Shown here in pieces: positions 59,763-64,000 of a stretch of DNA of 64,000 nt. The notes under the pieces were generated by a model, which made no database searches, was not told the DNA's origin, and saw only the letters and a list, made by a program, of their open reading frames with translations. A program made the position numbers and the translations under genes. Numbering within the stretch: the stretch's first letter is position 1; every line of letters starts with the position of its first letter. The DNA is from an uncultured delta proteobacterium (GTDB lineage: Bacteria; Desulfobacterota; BSN033; UBA1163): contig CAWHBU010000001.1 in NCBI GenBank assembly GCA_963827685.1, positions 363,680-427,679 of the forward strand. The letters are read 5' to 3'.

Positions 59763-61192
59763 CGTCAAGCCAATTTAGAAATGTCCTATTCTTACCAAAG
59801 TAGAAATGTCCGGTTTTCAGGGTTGAGATTCAATGGGCCTTGCTCGTTCATAGCGATGTTTACCAAACTTGAATCCCCTCCAGGGATGGTTCGTTGGGGG
59901 AGATGGAAGATTTTCTCATTCTCGCCGCAGCCAAAGGTCTTTTCTCTATGATGGTCTTTCGGTGATTTCCCTGAATCTCAGGGCGCGGTTTTTATGGGTG
60001 ATGTGTATGGAACCATCCATCCGATCTTGGACCATTACCCTCGAAGTATTGACCTTATCCTCAACCTGGTAGAGCTTACGGCTGTGTGCCACGGTGAAGT
60101 CATTCCGCAGAGCTCTCTGTGTCTTCTTACATAAGATCGCATCCAGAGCCAACCCTCTCCCTAAGGGCCTGTGTAGATCGCCTCTGTGCGTAGGACTCAC
60201 AGAGAACCTCCGGTTATAAATGGGAAGATACTCCTCTAAGAAAGCATTGGCTTCTTCGAGAGTCCTGATTCCTCTTAAACGCATCTCCTTGACCAGCCGA
60301 TCTTGAAACGTCCCGAAAAGCCGCTCAATCCGACCCTTGGCCTGCGGTGAGTTCGCATGCACAACCTCCACCCCAAGCTCTCTTAAGGCCCTCTCAAAAT
60401 CGCTTAACGGCTCCACATCATTCAACTCCTCCTCGATGGTTGGTTTCGCCGTCGATTTATACGTCTTATATCGATCCAAATAAACGCTCAACGGTAACCC
60501 ATACTTCTGGATATACCGCTTGAAACTGTCCATCGCAGGAATCGTCCCTTCATAGTCGTAAAACCCCCCAAACACTCTCCCGGTGGCATCGTCAATGATG
60601 CCCATCAAAACACACCATGGCCCTCTCCCTTCAAACCAATCGTGATGAGAACCATCCATCTGCACCATCTCTCCTACATGCTGCTTCCGCTCCCTCCATT
60701 GACGATGTCTCCTACGTCTCCGGCTCTTCCTCCAGTCCCCCGTTCCAATCAGCCACATCCGCAAGGTCTCATCATTGACCCGAATCCCATTTCTCTCCAG
60801 AAGCTTCTCCGAGGCCAGGGTCGGACCAAAATCCTTGTACTGCCTCCGGTACAGGTTGATGACCCTTTCTTTCATCTTATCGGATATCCTCCGGTTTGAC
60901 GGCCTCCCTCGCGATCTGTGGATGATCCCTCTGCTCCCTTCACTCCTTATCCGCTTAACGATCCTTCGAATCTGCCTCCCACTGAGCGACAGGATCTCCG
61001 CTGCCTCTACCTGCTTGACCATCCCCTCCAGAACCTTCTCAATGACATGCAACCGCCTTAATTCTCCCTGACGTGCCATAATCATGTCCTCTTCTGCCAT
61101 CCTGCCCTCCTCCAAAAAAAGGGCATTGTAGCATGTCTCAAAGAGGACATTTCTATTTTGGCCAATTAGGACATTATCATTTTGGGATTACA
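59763..61192 (-). mobile_element. IS1202/ISNCY-family insertion sequence (1430 bp)
   Basis: Ends TGTAATCCCAAAATGATAATGTCC... and ...GGACATTTCTAAATTGGCTTGACG, each with two internal AATGTCC repeats, flanking a DDE transposase. Confidence 0.88.
59817..61100 (-). CDS. ISNCY/IS1202 DDE transposase; C-terminus disrupted (stop at 59946)
   Basis: DFGPTLASEKL, QMDGSHHDWFE, IDDATG, ANSPQAKGRIER.F.TFQDRL; a PPTNHPWR tail lies downstream of the stop. Confidence 0.88.
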
Positions 61193-61755
61193 CGCTGAAC
61201 GATCTTCTTGTCTGAACGATCTTCTGGGTTAGACAGTAAAGGAAAGGAGCAAAATCCCAGAACTGACGCGCTGATGAAACAGCTTTCTGTCAGGCGCTCT
61301 TAATCCCGGCTGCTCGTTTGGCCTTCTCTTTGTATTTCTTCAAGGGTGATTCGGCCAGGATCATCATTTTTTGGGCTGCCATAGACCCTTCGGCATGAAC
61401 AGTGGTCACCTCATGAAACGCGGATTCATGGGAGCAAACCATGCGTTGAGCGGCGTGGATCATCCTCAGCCGGTCCTCAGTGCTAAACTTGGCCGAACCT
61501 CCAAGATACTATCACTCTATATATTTACACAAAATTTACACAAAGGAAGAGCAAATGGGAATTCGGAGGTATCCCGCGGACTCCCCCCTTTGCAACCTAG
61601 CTTAACACCTTTGGCGCACGATTGTAAGGTCCTCCAGCAGGTAGGGGGAAATGGGAAAAAATTGGATGGTGCGGGAATTAGTTATATCGCCCTTGAATCC
61701 TAGAAAGCGATAATTATCCTTATAATCAGAATAATCAGAAGGGAGGTTTTATCCC

Positions 61756-61980
61756 ATGGACAAAATGATTCGCTGGGAAGACTTGCAGTCTGGGTGTACT
61801 CTTACGGTTTGTGCGGGGACGGAGGCAGGACTCTTTGAGAAGATCTTGGAACATGGCCGGACGGTTCACGGCATGAAAGAATTCTCGCCGGATTTTTATA
61901 ATAAGGTGCGCGCTTCAATTCGAGAGGGATACTGCGACCTGGAAGATGAACTGTGCCAGTACGGAGAGTGCTGCTGTTAG
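61756..61980 (+). CDS. Small DUF1059-like metal-binding protein
   Basis: GC...V.A.TE..L...ILEH...VHGM pattern; Cys-rich tail; SD GGGAGG. Confidence 0.6.
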   Translation: MDKMIRWEDLQSGCTLTVCAGTEAGLFEKILEHGRTVHGMKEFSPDFYNKVRASIREGYCDLEDELCQYGECCC

Positions 61981-62030
61981 GACGGGCAAAGAGGATATCG
62001 TTCTTGATACAAGAGACAAGGGACGTTGTC

Positions 62031-62132
62031 GTGGCAACCATAGTACATTTCGAAATTCCCGCGGATAATGTCGAAAGAGCGAAATCATTAGACGCAAAGC
62101 TTTTCGGCTGGGAAGTCAAGGAGGTGGAATAG
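62031..62132 (+). pseudogene. Truncated VOC/glyoxalase-family gene
   Basis: ATIVHFEIPADNVERAKS...LFGWEV then a stop after 33 codons. Confidence 0.7.
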
Positions 62133-62304
62133 AATTTCTTACCGATTCCTCGCCTGGTAGTTTCCGTTTTTCCACAGGCACCTTTAGTGACGAATTTGGA
62201 CAATTTTTAACCATTTGTCCGAACTCGGCCACAAAATTCGGCACTCCGCAACATTATATCTTCAAAAAACTATTAAAAAACAAAAAGTTGTAAGTCTCGA
62301 AAAT

Positions 62305-62321
62305 TTGGTATAATATATGCT
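62305..62321 (+). promoter_or_regulatory. sigma54 (-24/-12) promoter
   Basis: TTGGTATAATATATGCT (GG-N10-GC); IHF-like AAACAAAAAGTTG at 62278-62290. Confidence 0.6.
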
Positions 62322-62467
62322 TATTAAATTTCCAGTGATTTCTTAAAGGTAGTAGTGTTTCTTAATCGGGCAGAAGGAAACCTGGTCTGTGGTGGAGGGG
62401 CAAGAGGCCTTGCTCAATTTAATTTTGTATCGAATTCTTCGCCCATAATTTAATCTTTCATAGTGCC

Positions 62468-63621
62468 ATGAGCTTCGTCTTCATCGGAAAGAACGAGTCC
62501 AAGATTCGCCACAACATCCTCCGCGGTGTATACGAAGAAAATCTCTTTATGCTCTCTAAGGGCCGTCCAGCCTTATCCCGTCGGGGATCCTTCCCCTTAA
62601 AGAAAATTCTCTTGTCTGCGGTGCTCTGCGTCTTGGCGGTCCTGATCCATGGCCAATACACGGGCAGTTCGTTCGCGCCAGCGGAACCGACCGCGAATAC
62701 GAGGATTCTCCTTGCTTCCCTTCCCGAGCCAGCAGGTCCACCGCGGATAGGAGTGTCCCCCCTGCACCCCATCCCACGGCGAACGTCTCAGCAGAGCCAA
62801 CCCCGGATATGAAGGAATATCCTCTTCTTCCTATGCCAAGTGTTTCTTCGGAGGGCATAGCGAACACCTCCGAGTTCGTTGCCTTTCTGAACAATCGGAA
62901 TGGTTCCTTCAGCAGGATGCTCGGCCTGAAAATCAAGACGATCATGATCGATGCCGGCCATGGCGGGACTGACTCGGGCAGTATCGGAAAATTGGGTACC
63001 ATGGAAAAGGATATCACCATCGATATCGCAAAGAGGTTGAAAACGCATCTCATCAAAAACGGCCGCTGCCGTGTGGTCATGACGAGGCAGGACGACTCGT
63101 CTGTGCCCCTTGAAAAACGGGTTGTTCTTGCCCAGGAAGCGAAAGCAGACCTCTTCATCTCAATTCATCTCAATTACTTACCGCGCAGACCCATTAATAT
63201 TGTTGAAACCTATTATTTCGGACCTTCCGATGACGAAAAAACATTGAGGCTCGCGCAGCAAGAAAACGAAGGATCAGAATACGGGCTCAGCGATTTCAAG
63301 GAAGTCATGGAAAAGCTTGGCAAGACCATGAAGCTTCAGGAGTCTAAGAGGCTTGCAGAATCGATCCAGGCCAATCTGTTCCTGAACAGCAGGAAGCATA
63401 GCGAATACATACAAAACCGCGGCGTCAAGAGGGCACCATTTGTTGTCCTTCTCGGAGTGGACGTACCCGCCGTGCTGGCGGAGGTCTCCTGTCTCAGCAA
63501 TCTCGAAGAGGAGGAGGAACTCAATTCTGAGAGTCACAGAGAAAACATTGCCGGGTATCTTGCAGCCGGCATTTTCGATTATCTAGGTAAAGGAGCGCTT
63601 AGCCATGAAGCCAAAAGATGA
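62468..63621 (+). CDS. N-acetylmuramoyl-L-alanine amidase (Amidase_3) with N-terminal TM; appears split into 62468-62812 and 62809-63621
   Basis: IDAGHGG.D.G, EK, ADLFISIH.N, APFVVL, P.VLAE. The catalytic frame is open back to about 62560 and has no SD at 62809. Confidence 0.85.
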
Positions 63622-64000
63622 GCAGAAACAAGAGAACATCCTGTTTGTCGGCATCGATCTTGGAACATCACGAAGTGCGATCTCTTCAAGTAACGGCAAG
63701 CGGGAATGGATCGAGAGCTACGTCGGCTGGCCGAAGGACTTTATCGCAGAGCAGGTCGTCGGCAAACCGGTACTCTTCGGAGCCGAAGCCCTGCAGCACC
63801 GGCTCTCCCTCGATTTCTGCAGGCCCCTTGAACGGGGCATCATCAAGGAGGGGATCGAAAGCAGCGAGAGGGCGGTCAAGGAAATCATCAGGCATCTTGT
63901 TCATCTTGCAAAGCCTGAGTCCGGCCAAAAGATCCATGCGGTGGTCGGGGTGCCCGCCGAATCGCTAAAAGTCAATAAGCTTGCCATCCGGAAGGCGGTT
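63605..64000 (+). CDS. MamK-like bacterial actin (3'-truncated by the window edge)
   Basis: MKPKDEQKQENILFVGIDLGTSRSAISSSNGKREWIESYVGWPKD...FGAEAL...RPLERGIIKE...AVVGVPAES; SD AAGGAG; overlaps the amidase stop. Confidence 0.85.
   Translation, partial: MKPKDEQKQENILFVGIDLGTSRSAISSSNGKREWIESYVGWPKDFIAEQVVGKPVLFGAEALQHRLSLDFCRPLERGIIKEGIESSERAVKEIIRHLVHLAKPESGQKIHAVVGVPAESLKVNKLAIRKAV

Noticed and set aside
61195-61225. Direct repeat ctgaacgatcttct x2 as the IS target duplication
   Set aside because: Both copies lie on the same side of the IS.
61610-61627. sigma54 promoter TTGGCGCACGATTGT
   Set aside because: The -12 element reads GT instead of GC.
1811-63158. Long antisense or alternate-frame ORFs in the track (e.g. 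1811-2320, 15184-15747, 20606-21169, 50000-50671, 55714-56352, 62556-63158)
   Set aside because: They shadow well-supported genes and show no recognisable motifs.
1-64000. CRISPR array, rRNA or tRNA genes
   Set aside because: No regularly spaced repeat-spacer units, cas genes or recognisable structural RNA genes seen by eye.
63605-64000. Magnetosome island
   Set aside because: No other mam/mad genes in the window; a MamK-like actin alone is insufficient. Downstream sequence is unseen.

Overview
A 64-kb chromosomal window from an anaerobic delta-proteobacterial (Desulfobacterota/Syntroph-like) genome; the taxon is inferred from gene content. Most of it is housekeeping and metabolism: hcp, glgX, glpK, mtgA, a TetR-controlled acyl-CoA degradation plus Liv-type ABC operon, cspA, rpsU, NfnAB, ADP-forming acyl-CoA synthetases and tex. 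It also has one IS1202/ISNCY-type IS, several pseudogene remnants and small palindromic elements. I found no rRNA, tRNA or CRISPR array. Three observations stand out. (1) 40.3-43.5 kb: a myxobacterial-type PomXYZ-like division-site positioning locus with a HEAT-only PomY-like gene, a PomZ-like ATPase and TWO PomX-like genes, headed by a CdbA-like ribbon-helix-helix gene. (2) 62.2-64.0 kb: a sigma54-type promoter ahead of a peptidoglycan amidase coupled to a MamK-like actin that the ORF track misses. (3) 15.9-16.9 kb: a DedA-rhodanese fusion with an in-frame TGA at a conserved Cys and a SECIS-like hairpin (candidate selenoprotein). At least five otherwise intact genes are split by small indels, so consensus errors are possible. 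All family assignments come from motif recognition and recall; no database searches were run.
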